From: Octopus bimaculoides
Lineage: Eukaryota
DNA: 64,000 nucleotides
NCBI RefSeq assembly: GCF_001194135.2
Contig: NC_068987.1
Location: 18,964,188 to 19,028,187 of the forward strand
Direction: 5' to 3'
Shown here: positions 24,841 to 37,999 of the stretch, piece by piece
Position numbering within the stretch: the first letter of the stretch is position 1
Layout: the number at the start of each line of letters is the position of its first letter
The notes under the pieces: generated by a model
The model's database searches: none
What the model was told of the DNA's origin: nothing
What the model saw: only the letters and a program-made list of their open reading frames with translations
Made by a program: the position numbers and the translations under genes

Positions 24841-25108
24841 ATACTTACAAATCAATACACACCGAATAGGAAATATGCCAGATGTCCTCGTATGATCAGT
24901 CTGCGAGAGCAAGCAAACTAAGTCTCATCACACACAACTTTGTGATCTTGAAAATTTTTAGAATCAACAAAATCATAAAGTAAACATCAATGCGTTTGAG
25001 ATAAAAATTACTACATATCTCCACACAAGTTTTTAGCTCACTTATGACAAACCTTGGATGAATGAATGACGGAGAACGTCTACAAGAACTGTCAGGGGAA
25101 CTAACTCT
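24841..25108 (-). promoter_or_regulatory. Promoter/first-exon module M2b (extra copy with no gene of its own)
   Basis: ATACTTACAAATCAAT (donor at 24848); AGGGGAACTAACTCT at 25094-25108; aligns with M2a. Confidence 0.7.
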
Positions 25109-25496
25109 TTGTTTATGTAATATAGAGAGGGAGAGAGATACAAATAGAGAGGGGTGGAGTTAATACGTGTATATGTGAGGGAGTCAAAGATACACAGATA
25201 GAGAGAGGAAGAAAGAAAAAACGTGTATGAGATTGTGAACAACAGAGAGACGGTTCTTCCTCTGAAATAAAGCACTGTTAATCTTTAACGTGGAATTAAC
25301 GGATGCTTAGTGTTTCTCGAACTTTTTAAACTCTTGCTCCTTTACTTATACTAACATTCTTTCAACGTACCCCCTTGTTACAGTTGCACGAAAAACACGC
25401 TACAAAATTTGCTGCTGACAAGTTGGTTACCATTTGATAAGTCGCTTTATCAACATATGGAATATCAAAACATCATTTCGACCAATATTATTTCTA

Positions 25497-25915
25497 ATAT
25501 AGGCACAAGGCCTGAAATTAGGGGGAGGGGTAATCGATTACATCGACACCAGTACTTATTTTATCGACACTGAAAGGATGAAAGGCAAAGTCGACCTCGG
25601 CAGAATTTGAACTCAGAAACTAAAAGATGAATGAAATGCCGCTAAGCAGTTTACCTGGCATACTAACGGTTCTGTCAACTCGCCGCCTTATTTCGACTAC
25701 CAATATTAGTTCCAAATTTTGACACAAAGCGAGCAATTTCGGGGGAGGGGAGTAAGTCGATTACATCGACCCCAGTATGGTACTTATTTTATCAACCCCG
25801 AAAAGAGGAAAGATAAAATCGACCTCGGCAAAATTTGAACTCAGAACACGAAAACGGATGAAATGATGCTAAGCATTTCGCCTAGCATGCTAACAATTCA
25901 GACAGACTGCTGCTT
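25497..25915 (-). mobile_element. Two adjacent SINE family A copies
   Basis: AAAGGCAAAGTCGACCTCGGCAGAATTTGAACTCAG core twice; further copies at ~1650-1810(+), 41140-41550(-), 43465-43553(-), 49123-49250(+), 54460-54640(-). Confidence 0.8.
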
Positions 25916-26492
25916 TAAAATTTCAATCACTAATATTACCAAATGATTTGTTAATAGAGTAAAAATTTAGAATATTTTTGGAAATTATGACATTAAAAAC
26001 TGTACCTATTCCTCCCCGTCCTTTTGTGCCCAACTCCCGGGTTAACAGCAACAGGTTGAGTAGCTTTGGTTGTGCTAACGGAGAAATGAATGGATAATGT
26101 AATCAAGGTAGACAAATTATGCATTAGACTAATGAAATTTAGGTTAGTCTTACGCAAAAGAGCAAGAACATTTTCAACAGTTAGTCTCTGCATACACACC
26201 ACAAACAGGGCTGGCAGATGAGCATTTTTATGAACCATGTACAAAGGTGCTAGAGTGCTGGTGGCACATTAATTTAATAATAAAATTATATAATCTTCCA
26301 AGAAAAGAATTCATTCCTTTGATGGGATTCACTCAATGGAATTCAACAGAAAATATATCACATATAATATCCTGTTTTGGTTTGACAGAGTATTTAACCT
26401 TTCTTGGTTACATAATTATTCTCCCTATCATAATGACATAATGATGTATTACTGATGTGTGTGATTACATTCGTTAATAATTTAACCAAACA

Positions 26493-26874
26493 TACTCTTT
26501 TACTTGTTTCAGTCATTTGACTGTGGCCATGCTGGAGCACCGCCTTTAGTCGAGCAAATCGACCCCAGGACTTATTCTTTGGATTCCTAGTATTTATTCT
26601 ATCATTCTCTTTTGCCGAACCGCTAAGTTACGGGGACGTAAACACACCAGTATAGGTTATCAAGCAATGTTGGGGGGACAAACATATACACACACACACA
26701 TACATATATACGATAGGCTTCTTTCAGTTTCCGTCTACCAAATCCACTCACAAGGCTTTGGTCGGCCTGAGGCTATAGTAGAAGACACTTGCTCAAGGTG
26801 CCATGCAGTGGGAATGAACCTGGAACCATGTGGCTGGTAAGCAAGCTACTTACCACAACAGCCACTCCTGCGCC
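26493..26874 (-). mobile_element. tRNA-headed SINE (family B), full length
   Basis: On -: GGCGCAGGAGTGGCTG..GTAAGTAGCTTGC head, CA/TA microsatellite in the middle, (AAAAGAGTA) tail. Confidence 0.85.
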
Positions 26875-27317
26875 TATACAAATAAATCAAATATATTATT
26901 CATACACCTACCAAAATGTTTGGAGAAAATACAAGTGATAGAAACTGTTTATAACTTGACATCAATTTGATATTTGACACGTATTAGAATTACTTGCAGA
27001 AAACAGAAATGTTTCCCACTGTTCTAGGTTTAGATTGCTTTATCACAGACTTTAACTGTGATAGAAAAACAAACGATATTGCTTTTGCTAATTAATGTGT
27101 AATGAAAAATCAAAGACATAAAAAATAACAGATTCTCATACAAATGATTTTTATCAACATTTTAATTATATAATTAAGGAATTTGTTTCACATTTTAGTC
27201 CCACTGCACAGCACTCTTCGAAAGCATCTTTTTCTATAGTCTAATGTATGAATATATACGTGAGTTTGTGTATATGGGCACATTGTCTATATACCCAAAC
27301 TCCCATATATATATTTT

Positions 27318-27687
27318 GTTGTTGGCACTCCGTCGGTTACGACATGGAGGGTTCCAGTTGATCCGATCAACAGAACAGCCTGCTCGTGAAATTAACGTGC
27401 AAGTGGCTGAGCACTCCACAGACACGTGTACCCTTAACGTAGTTCTCGGGGATATTCAGCGTGACACAGTGTGACAAGGCTGACCCCTTTGAATTACAGG
27501 CACAACAGAAACAGAAAGTTGTGGTGAAAGAGTACAGCAGGGTTCACCACAATCCCCTGCCGGAGCCTCGTGGAGCTTTAGGTGTTTTTGCTCAATAAAC
27601 ACTCACAACGCCCGGTCTGGGAATCGAAACCGCGATCCTATGACCGCGAGTCTGCTGCCCTAACCACTGGGCCATTGCGCCTCCACC
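27318..27687 (-). mobile_element. SINE family C, full length
   Basis: Reverse complement of the 12449 element. Confidence 0.88.
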
Positions 27688-28467
27688 ATATATNNNNNNN
27701 NNNNNNNNNNNNNNNNNNNNNNNNNNNNNNNNNNNNNNNNNNNNNNNNNNNNNNNNNNNNNNNNNNNNNNNNNNNNNNNNNNNNNNNNNNNNNNNNNNNN
27801 NNNNNNGTGCATGTATGTGTGTATATCTTTCTCTTTCTTTCACCATGGCTATTTATGATTCTCCTGATTAATATCCAGATATAAACACTTCATCCTACTG
27901 TGATTTTCGTATTATAAGTTTTTTTTCTCCGTCTGCCTAATTTCTAATACCTCACATGTCTATCTAACATGTAAATCCTTATAATTACTATTTAGCAAAT
28001 GAAACATGTAATGGAGAATAAATAATACCAAAAAACTTCCTCATTCCTGTTTTGTTATAGTCTTAAATTAAAATAAAAACTGAGCAGACAAGGATGATGG
28101 GGAGGGGAATGTCATAAGAGCTATACCTATTTCTTAGTGGTAAACTTAATTCAGCACAAAATTTAACACCACAACCTAGCTCTTACATGCCTTTAGCAGA
28201 ATCCACTTTGTTGCTAGTATTTTCTGGTCTAAGGATAACTTGCTGTCTTCATATACTGCTTCCAATTGCAGCAACATAAAACTTGTAGTGTATTCTCTTT
28301 CTCTAATAAGTCTTAGCAGATCTGTGAAAAGTCATGGGTGCAGCTTTTCCGTCTTGGACTAAGCCACAACAAAACATGTTATTTAAATCAAAGGTGTAAA
28401 TTTTGTCACCAGTTTGGGTATATTTTGCAGTTATATAAGATAGTGTTGGGAGTTTATTTTGCCAAGG

Positions 28468-28930
28468 ATCATCATCATCATCGTTTAACAGCTGTTTTCC
28501 GTGTGGGCATGGGTTGGTCAGCTTGACAGGAGCTGGTCAGCCAGAGAACCATCCAGGCTCCAGTTGTCGGTTTTGGCATGGTTTCTATGGCTGGATGCCC
28601 TTCCTAATGCCAACCACTTCACAGAGAGTTCTAGGTACTTTTTATGTGCCACCAGAATGAGTGCATTTATGTAGCACTGGCATGAGTGCATTCTATGTGG
28701 CACCAGCACCTGCAAGACAAAGGTTTCTCGGCTGGGAGATGGTGTAGGGACGTGGCCATAAAGGACATGCCTGTATGTATGGATGGCTACAATTTTACTT
28801 AGCTTGACGTGTCTTCTCAAGTACAGCAAATAGCCACAAGTCATTGTCATCCTTGCCATGTGGCCCTTGTCATCCCTGCCATGTGGCCCAGTGTCTGAAG
28901 ATCCTTTCTCATCACTTCATCCCTCATCTT
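28468..28930 (-). mobile_element. Older SINE family D-like copy
   Basis: (CAT)nCGTTTAAC tail; GGCTGGATGCCCTTCCTAATGCCAACCAC; interrupts homology between the ZNF-2 and ZNF-3 3' flanks. Confidence 0.72.
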
Positions 28931-29200
28931 CCACAGGTTCCCTCCATAATTAGAGATTGCGTTCCCACCACAATTAGAGATTGAGGTCTCTCACATATTA
29001 AAAGACAACCAGTGTAAATAAATCAAATGATTACTCAAAGAGAGAGTTTACCAATAGTTGTCACATAAATTTGAATTTTTTTCCAGTGTAAATACATTTT
29101 AACTATTTATAAAAGAAATTTAGTCATAGATTTAATGGAAATAAGGCTTCTACCCTGACTGAGTATATCTGTGTAAGACGTTTCCTTTAGACAATGATTT

Positions 29201-29570
29201 TGTTGTTGTTGGCACTCCATAGGTTACGACGTGGAGGGTTCCAGTTGATCCGATCAACGGAACAGCCTGCTCGTGAAATTAACGTGCAAGTGGCTGAGCA
29301 CTCCACAGACACGCGTACCTGTAACGTAGTTCTCGGGGATATTCAGCATGACACAGTGTGACAAGGCTGACCCTTTGAATTACAGGCACAACAGAAACAG
29401 GAAGTAAGAGAAAGTTGTGGTGAAAGAGTACAGCAGGGTTCGCCACCATCCCCTGCCAGAGCCTCGTGGAGCTTTAGGTGTTTTCGCTCAATAAACACTC
29501 ACAACGCCCGGTCTGGGAATCGAAACCGCGAGTCCGCTCCCCTAACCACTGGGCCATTGCACTTCCACAC
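29201..29570 (-). mobile_element. SINE family C, full length
   Basis: 10-bp TSD ACAATGATTT at 29191-29200 and 29571-29580. Confidence 0.9.
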
Positions 29571-29720
29571 ACAATGATTTACAATGGATCATAAGGACAT
29601 GCTTTTAATTGTGTTAAAAACGTTTATGGCAAAATAATCAACTAATTTGGGATAACAGTTTCTCACAGGTTATCAATAGTAATATGATTTCTCTCCAGTG
29701 CAAATATTTATATAGCAAAA
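29571..29720 (-). pseudogene. Decayed zinc fingers downstream of ZNF-3
   Basis: On -: TGEKSY.. CEKLLSQIS*LFCHKRF*H ... CKSL. Confidence 0.55.
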
Positions 29721-29783
29721 ATGAAATAGCTACTTTAAGAGAAAAAGTACATGTAAATTTTTTTAAATATCTTTTGGTAGAAA

Positions 29784-30917
29784 TTATATTAGTGACTGTT
29801 CCTCTCTTGTGTGGATACTTCTGTGTTTGGTTACTTGAAATCTATAAGAGAATGATTTGCCACAGATATCACAGCCATGTGGCTTCTCACCTGTATGAAT
29901 TTTTTTATGTCTAGTTACATGCCTTCTTTCAGAAAAGGATTTCCCACAGGTATCACAGCTATATGGCTTCTCTCCTGTGTGAATATGTTGGTGTGTAGTT
30001 AAATGACTCTTTTGAGTAAATGAATTACCACAAATATCACAGCTATATGGCTTCTCTCCCGTGTGAACATTTTGATGTGTTTTTAAGTGACCCTTCTGAG
30101 AAAATGATTTGTCACATACGTCACATTGAAAGGGTTTCTCACCAGTATGAATACGTACATGTTTTGTTAAGGGACTTCTTTCAGAGAATGCTTTACCACA
30201 TATATCACACTGAAATGGTTTCTCTACTGTATGAATACGTATGTGTTCAGTTAAGATATTTATATGAGAGAATAATTTACCACAGATATCACAGTGATGT
30301 CTCTCTTCTCCTTGAATACATTTGTGTGAAGTGAGGTAACGTTTTTGAGAGAATGATTTTTCACAGATATCACAGTGATATGGTTTCTCCCCTGTATGAA
30401 TTCGTTTGTGTTTAGTTACTTGGTTGGTATCAGTAAATGATTTACCACATATATCACAGTTGTACGGCTTCTCTCCTGTGTGCATATATTTGTGTGTAGT
30501 TAAAACAGTTTTTTGAGAAAATGATTTACCACATACATCACAGTGATATGGCTTCTCATCTGTATGAATACGTTTATGTATAGTTAAGGAACTTTTCTGT
30601 GAAAATAATTTATCACATATATCACACTGATATGGTTTCTCTCCGGTGTGAATCAGTACATGCTTACTTAAGTTACTTTTTTCTGAGAATGATTTACCAC
30701 AGATATCACAGTGATATGGATGCTTTCCCGTATGAATATATTGGTGTGTAGTTAAGTAACGTTTCTGAGCAAATGATTTATCACATGTGTCACAGTGATA
30801 TGGTTTCTCTCCAGTATGAATACGTACGTGTTTAGTTAAGTTACATTTTTCAGAGAATGATTTACCACAGGTATCACAGTGATATGTTTTTTCTCTAGTA
30901 TGAGATAAACTGCTCAT
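29784..30917 (-). CDS. Multi-C2H2 zinc-finger protein (ZNF-3), 377 aa, 13 fingers (7th ends HKCIQ)
   Basis: ORF track; canonical fingers and linkers. Confidence 0.92.
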   Translation of the reverse strand: MSSLSHTREKTYHCDTCGKSFSEKCNLTKHVRIHTGEKPYHCDTCDKSFAQKRYLTTHQYIHTGKHPYHCDICGKSFSEKSNLSKHVLIHTGEKPYQCDICDKLFSQKSSLTIHKRIHTDEKPYHCDVCGKSFSQKTVLTTHKYMHTGEKPYNCDICGKSFTDTNQVTKHKRIHTGEKPYHCDICEKSFSQKRYLTSHKCIQGEERHHCDICGKLFSHINILTEHIRIHTVEKPFQCDICGKAFSERSPLTKHVRIHTGEKPFQCDVCDKSFSQKGHLKTHQNVHTGEKPYSCDICGNSFTQKSHLTTHQHIHTGEKPYSCDTCGKSFSERRHVTRHKKIHTGEKPHGCDICGKSFSYRFQVTKHRSIHTREEQSLI

Positions 30918-31146
30918 AGCAAATATTTTACCACAAATGTTTTATGAAGTATTGGTTTTTGTCAACTAATTTATCTCAAATAACTCAATTCTTGATGCAT
31001 TCATTTGTGCTGAATTAATTCATTTCCACATTAATGTTAAAGAGAGATGATTTATTCACTTTCACTTCAGTGTCTGAGAGAATAATGTATGCTTCATAAT
31101 TTCTTTGTCGTATACAATTTCATCTCAAAGCTCTCTGGTTTGATAA

Positions 31147-31162
31147 CCTGAAATAAGAAATA
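31147..31162 (-). other. Candidate splice acceptor of the ZNF-3 coding exon
   Basis: On -: TTTCTTATTTCAG|GTTATC. Confidence 0.58.
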
Positions 31163-32523
31163 ATGTATATATAACAGAAAATTATTTGAAAAATGGAGAA
31201 AAAAAAAGATGTTGATTCCTAAAGATTATTAACATGATTCAGTTTCATAAACGAGTTACACTAATTTAGCCTGCTGTTAATTGATTTGTAGAAATTAGCA
31301 ATACTGATCTATTATTTCAGACAAATCATGCCTTCACCTAGCTGAAGATTACAGGCAGTGGTTAGTCATATTGAAGAATGGCATTAAAGAGTTTGGACAT
31401 GCTGCACTCTCTCTCCTGCTTCATCTGTATCTGTACGTTAGTAGATTCTAGTATTAGCCATGAGCAGACTAAGCTGGGATGAAACAATTGCTTTTCCTCT
31501 ACATTGAATGCAGTCATCATTGGTAATGTGCATCCAAGCATACTGTTTAGCTTAACGAAGCCATTGATTCTGGTGCTATATTTGTGTATTAATGTTTCTT
31601 ATGATTGTTGGGACTAAGTGAGTAAGGTATGTTCTTTGGATGGTGATGTTGCAATATTTTGAGGTGTTATAGAAAAGTGTCTTTGTCTGAAGTTAATTTT
31701 TTTTTATGTAGTGGTAGTGACTGCTTGTAGTTGCTGCAGGTGGCTCTCCATGTTTCAGAGCCATACAAAAGCACAGATAATAAGCAGAGTTGGTGCAATT
31801 GCTGCATACAAAGCCTATCTTCACTATTAGCCAGCCTATGATCCCACTAACATTTCTTGTGCATTCATTGTTTAAACTGAGCACACTCTGTGTTATTTCT
31901 GCCACCTTTTTCCAACATATCAAACACGGCCGTTTCCCTAGTGTTTACCTACTTACTAAAACTTTAGTCTTTGCTAAGTTTAAGGACTTTCAATTACAGT
32001 AAGAGGATCTTTTTGGTTTGATGGGCAACACTTGTTTTTTTAACGAAACACTTTCAAACTTGGGACACTGGTAGAATGTGTCATATAAAACAACTTTTTC
32101 TCTTAGCCTTCTTAACAAAAAATTGTACATCGCAAGTTATTTCATGTTAAAGTTGTCGTATTTCTGTAATTTCAACCGATCACTGACGTCTATTCAGCTG
32201 AATACAGTTACTGCTGCGGCGGTGTATATGGTATTAATCCCTTGTTGACATATTTCATCCGTTTTTTTTCGTTTGTTTTCTTTTGAAGCAGACAAAATTA
32301 CAGAAAAATGGTAATTTATACGCATATATTGTCTATATAATANNNNNNNNNNNNNNNNNNNNNNNNNNNNNNNNNNNNNNNNNNNNNNNNNNNNNNNNNN
32401 NNNNNNNNNNNNNNNNNNNNNNNNNNNNNNNNNNNNNNNNNNNNNNNNNNNNNNNNNNNNNNNNNNNNNNNNNNNNNNNNNNNNNNNNNNNNNNNNNNNN
32501 NNNNNNNNNNNNNNNTTGAATAA

Positions 32524-32878
32524 TAGCTAATAAGGGGAAAAAGCCATCAAAATACTTGAATATTGCCTGCACTTGTTATTGGAGCTGGCAGAATTATTAA
32601 TGCACCTCCACCAAGTGCTTCATTTCCTAGAAATAGCAGCCAAATCTTCTTCAAATCAAACTCAGAATTATTAATGCACCTCCACCAAGTGCTTCATTTC
32701 CTAGAATTATCAGCCAAATCTTATTCAAATCAAACTAGAGTTTGATTTGAATAAGATTTGGCTGATAATTCTAGGAAATGAAGCACTTGGTGGAGGTGCA
32801 TTAATAATTCTGCCAGCTCCAATAACAAGTGCAAGCAATAGTCAAGTATTTTGATGACCTTTTTCCCCTTATTAGCTA
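32524..32878. repeat. Long palindrome with an internal ~74-bp tandem duplication
   Basis: Centre AG at 32737-32738; perfect inner arms; outer arms with a few mismatches. Confidence 0.88.
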
Positions 32879-33724
32879 CAAAATTTTTTATCTGTTCTAT
32901 AACACAAAATATACAAGTATACGAAGTTTGAAAGTGTTTCGGTACCAAAAACACTACGTAAAACATAAATGAAAAATGTTGCCCGTCAAACCAAAAAGAT
33001 CCCAGTAAGAAACCATCAGCATACGGGAGTTCCTATTCTACAGCCGGTCTTAAAACACTTTTTGCTATGGTTCTTGGGAACTATAATAATTACAACGAAT
33101 GCAAACAAAATACACTTCAAATGCAAAACACTCCCCACACACACACATCCTCTAATCTTCATTACGTTAATTTTTATTTAAAAAAAGGTTTTGGCAGATA
33201 CTTAATACCTGATGTTCGAAGCATTTTTTTTTAAAGCATAATAAAAAGAGAGGGGTTGTTATAAATACGATTAAACGAATAAGCCGCACAAACGTATAGT
33301 AATGTACACATTTGTAAAAGCAGAATTTTTTTTTTTAAATGCTAGGTAATGCAGAGAGATTTAAAAAAAAAAAAGGATCAGATGTAATTAAGGACATAAC
33401 AGGCGTACTCCAACTTCAATAGCGTATATTCAAGGTAAAAAAGTTTTTAAATGCATTACAGCTTATGAGAAACCCAACATCGCATAGACCTGGTGTGATT
33501 TTATGAGATGTTTTTTTAGTGGGGGAAAAAGTGTCATCAAATAAAGTAATAGGGCAATTATACAGTTTAGACCCAACTAATCCATCCAAACATCAGCTTT
33601 ACTCTCGTAGGCTCACTGCTTTCTTTATTTTCTTTTCCATTTATCTTTCTTGGTAAAATACACAGAAAAAGGACACTGACTATGGTGATACATTAACCAG
33701 ACTATAAACATTGATGCATTAATA

Positions 33725-33964
33725 ACACTTACAAATAAACGGAGTCCGAAAGTGATATCTGGGAGATGTCCTGAATACAGTCTGATTTAGTCTACAAGAG
33801 TACACTAACCCTCGCGACACTCAAGTTTCTGATCTTGAAATTTCCTTTATATACGACAAATCATAAAGAAGACACCATCAGAATTCATACAGCTAATTAT
33901 TAAAGACCTCTACCTCAGATAAACCTCATAACTAATGTTTACAATAAACAAGGGAACCAACTCT
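33725..33964 (-). promoter_or_regulatory. Promoter/first-exon module M3 (ZNF-3)
   Basis: ACACTTACAAAT (donor at 33732); AGGGAACCAACTCT at 33951-33964. Confidence 0.65.
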
Positions 33965-34411
33965 GTCATTATCTGAGAGATGTGTGTGTATGAGTGAAAG
34001 TGACAGGTAAACAGCTGAGTCCTTCTATTCTCCACTTCGGGATTAATGAAATTTGGATCTAGAGAACATCACAGATAGCTGACGGCAACGTGTTTAGTTT
34101 TAGTCTAAAATCACAATTAACTATTGATGTTGTTGATGCTTAACCTAAGGTCAACTCTAGAGTCGGACTGTGATTCAAAGTATTTTTTTCGTAGCTATTC
34201 TGTCTACCACTTTTTTTAAAAAATTAAATTAATAAGTATGTACTTCTAAGATGCTAGAACAGTACTTCTCAAAGTTTTTGTTTTTTACTGTCTCTCCTTT
34301 TCTTTCACTAAATATTAAATATACCACAAAAGATTGCTATCGAGATGATCGCCATTAAAAGACAACACATAAGTCATTTCATCAGTTTATATTATGTCAA
34401 AACAACATTCC

Positions 34412-34856
34412 GGTAATCTTCCAGTTTCGGGAGGTAAAAAAAAAGTAAATAAGAATACAAGGGAAATAACTTAACGTCTTACTACTATTATCCGTACTCT
34501 CCTCACCCCACCCGTTCGCGAGCGCGCATTCTTCATATTCGTTCACAGCAAGTTGTTTTACACCTATTACACTAATTTATTATTTTTATTTTTGAGCTCG
34601 GGTCAAACGCTTTAGTTTGACTGTTATTTCTCTATACTGGAAGATTACCATAAGTTGTTGTGCAGCCAGTACTATGATATTCAATCTCGTGTGTGATTTA
34701 TATATAAACAGTTGACTTCAATCACGTGTGTGATTTTATTTATAAACAGCTAAAAAAAAAACATTTCAGAGTAGTACGGATAATACTAGTAAGACGTTAA
34801 GTTATTTCCCTTGTATTTTATTTACTTTTTTTCACTCCCGAAACTGGAAGATTACC
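34412..34856. mobile_element. Mutator-like MITE, 445 bp
   Basis: ~90-bp TIRs starting GGTAATCTTCCAGTTTCGGGAG; 9-bp TSD CAACATTCC at 34403-34411 and 34857-34865. Confidence 0.85.
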
Positions 34857-35444
34857 CAACATTCCAAATACTAATACAACCAGATGATTCGCACACAATA
34901 AACAATTGGAAATGCTTTTGAAAATTAAGGTAATTAAAAGATGCATCTATCACCTCCTTTATCCCCAGCGCCCATAAAAAAATGTTCCACGCCACATTAC
35001 CGGCTGAGGTGCTGCCCACTTTTCCAAAGTACTGTGTTAGTGATTTGAACGGGGAATTGGCTGCTATTTCTAGCATGTCAATGTAGATGTTCGTTCATTT
35101 GGGTCATTTAAAATTCTTAATGTTATGATTAACATGTTAAATATTCAATAGGAGAAAGAATCAACTTCATCAAAATCTGTTTACGCCATGAATAATCTTG
35201 AAGTGGAGGGACGATAATTAGCTTTATTTCAATGTTTGGCTATATTTGCAATGAAACGAGATATTTAAAAAACATTAATCTACCGTTAGATACAACGGAG
35301 AGCACCATGTCTTGCTCTGACTTCTTAGATTCGGCAGAATCATCCAATCCATGCCAGTACTGAGAACAGACATAAAAGGAAGAACATGAAAGAAAAAGTT
35401 ATGTAAAATTTTTTGCCAGAATAAAGTGCAAAATTATAATTAAA

Positions 35445-35810
35445 ATGGGGTTCCTCTGAAGAACCTCTGGAATAATGTTACTTGATAGAATGCATAGCTG
35501 AAAGATCAGGGAGTTTTTCCAGGTTGAGCCTCTTTTCTCCACAATAAGAGGTAACAGCTCTGGGTACTATGGACAAGTGATTAGAATGTTACAGGAAATA
35601 ATCATAAAATAGATTCTTCAAGCCAAGCCAACCAGCAGGAGATTTAAGGGTGGTCCAAGAATGATATGGTCGAATAATATCCAGTCTCACTTGGGAAACC
35701 AACCAGAAAGTCTAATGATGTTTACTTCTGATAGGACACTATGGAGAGGTGCCTGAGGTCCTCTACCCAACAACCCTCCCAGGAATAATAGGCAGAGACA
35801 GGTGGGTAGA
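35445..35810 (+). mobile_element. RTE LINE 3' end fragment, copy 1
   Basis: Aligns with 37520-37890; QVEPL..QL.YYG.VIRM-type C-terminus. Confidence 0.7.
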
Positions 35811-37132
35811 AAATTAAAATGATTAAAGGGAAATAATTTCAATGGGCCAATACCATTTATTACTCCTCTGCATGTAAAAATTTATCCAAGGATTTGCAAA
35901 CTTTCTTAGACTGTACTATGTTGTTGAGGCCTGATAAACTGAAACATGTTCATAGTTGTCTTTCGTCTACAAATAAAATAAGAGGGAGTAGTTTTATACT
36001 TAGTTACTTATATGTTATTGAAATTGAGACATGCTCCAGTCAAATGATCTTGTAGACTTGAGACATTTTTTTTCTTTTTTAATATTTGCATTTGATGGAA
36101 TCCTATAAGATATTGCAGTAGAATCTTCAGAACAAATAAAAAGTCACTTGCAGAAAACAAAAAAAAAAAAGGAAAAACTTATGCAAAATGATAAGTTACA
36201 AATTTATTTGATAGTTCACAATATATAAATAGTTATTATTAGGTTTACAATTAGGGTTAGGGTTATTACATCATTAATTGTAAGACTTTAATGGAATGGT
36301 AACTATTAATAGTAATAAAATAATGATACACATGCCTATTTGTAATTAGACTAGGAGTTAAAAATAATCTACAGTTAATTTACTTTAGATTAACTTGGGC
36401 AACTAAAGCCTTGTGAGTGGATTTGGTTGAAGGCAGTCTGTCAGTTTGCCTGCCTACCTGTCTGTGAGAAAAAAAAAAGGATGAAAGATCCTACCCAAGC
36501 CATAGGCTCATAAGGCTAGTTTCCTGGTTTCTGTGGCTAATACATTCCCTGCTGGATAGGATGCTAGTCCATCACAGGAATACTCATTTTTGCCAGCTGA
36601 GTGGACTGGAGCAATGTGAAATGGAGTGTTCTGCTCTAGAATACAACACATTGGCCAGTCCAGGAAATGAAACCACAAACTTATGGTCATAAGTGCAATG
36701 CCTTTAACCACTAAGCTGCATGCCTCCACATCTACCTATATATGTAGATGTGTGTGTATGTCTACTAGTAATGATACCATGTGATAGTTTAGCAGTAAAG
36801 ATGCATTACCATCATACAAGCAGTATCACTTGTTTCCAATTTTCTGTTAAAACATGTCTGGCAATGGTGAAATATTGCATTGCTTGGAAATAAGGGTTGA
36901 TGGCAGGAAGGGCATCCAGCTGTATAAAATCTGTCTAAATGAATTCCATCTGACCCATGCAAGAATGGAAAAGTGAACATTTAAAACAGTGATGAATACT
37001 GTCACATATTTTAAACAGCAAATCACTTTTGTGTGAAAGGCAACTTTTTATAAAAGATTATTTAGGCCTTTCTAAATGAATAAAGAAATATATAATGAAG
37101 AGTGATGAAGTGATTTATCAGGATGCATGGAT

Positions 37133-37355
37133 TCATCATCATCATCATCATCGTTTAACGTCCGCTTTCCATGCTAGCATGGGTTGGACGATTTGACTGA
37201 GGACTGGTGAAACCGGATGGCAACACCAGGCTCCAATCTGATCTGGCAGAGTTTCTACAGCTGGATGCCCTTCCTAACGCCAACCACTCAGAGAGTGTAG
37301 TGGGTACTTTTACGTGTCACCCGCACAAAGGCCAGTCAAGCAGTACTGGCAACGG
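37133..37355 (-). mobile_element. SINE family D
   Basis: (CAT)n tail plus the same body as 5173. Confidence 0.82.
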
Positions 37356-37519
37356 ATTGATGACAAAAATTGAGATCAGTGATTGTATGATGTCTAATAG
37401 ATTTGTCCAACTCATGATATAGAAAAACTGAAGTTCACACATTGATGAGGACAATGATTCACAACTTATATTTTTTTATTAACTAAATGTTAAAACATAC
37501 AAGTTTACATTGTTTAACC

Positions 37520-37890
37520 ACCGGATCTCTGGAGTAACATTATTCAACAGGGTTCACAGCTCGGAGATCAGGGATTCTTTCCAGGTTGAGCCACTATTTC
37601 TCCACACTGAGAGGTCACAGCTCTGGTACTATGGACATGTGATCAGAATGTTCTGGGAATGAATCACAAGGCAGATTCTTCAGGCCAAGACAACTGGCAG
37701 GTGACCTAGGAATAGACCCAGAATGAGATGGCTGGATAGTATCCATAGACTCAGTTGGTCATATTTGGGAATCCAGCTGGAAAGTCTGATGATGGTTGCT
37801 TCTGAGATGATACTATGGAAGAGGTGCCTGAGGACTTTAAACCCATGATCCACCCAGGAATAGTGGGTGGAGAAGATGGATGGATGGATA
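37520..37890 (+). mobile_element. RTE LINE 3' end fragment, copy 2, with (GGAT)n tail
   Basis: FQVEPLFLHTERSQLWYYGHVIRM...RPRMRWLDSI. Confidence 0.78.
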
Positions 37891-37999
37891 AATCAGCCTT
37901 GATATCAAATGCAACACTGTTTTTACCAAATTTCTCAAGGATGATGAACTACTGATGAGTATCATAATAATAGAACAAGTCCTCAATAAATTTGATTCT

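Noticed and set aside
32591-32740. Direct repeats and the regular 84-bp ZNF periodicity as a CRISPR-like array
   Set aside because: Eukaryotic context, no unique spacers and no cas genes.
35920-35950. TTGTTGAGGCCTGATAAACTGAAAC as a hammerhead ribozyme
   Set aside because: The core and stem II are too degenerate to support a call.
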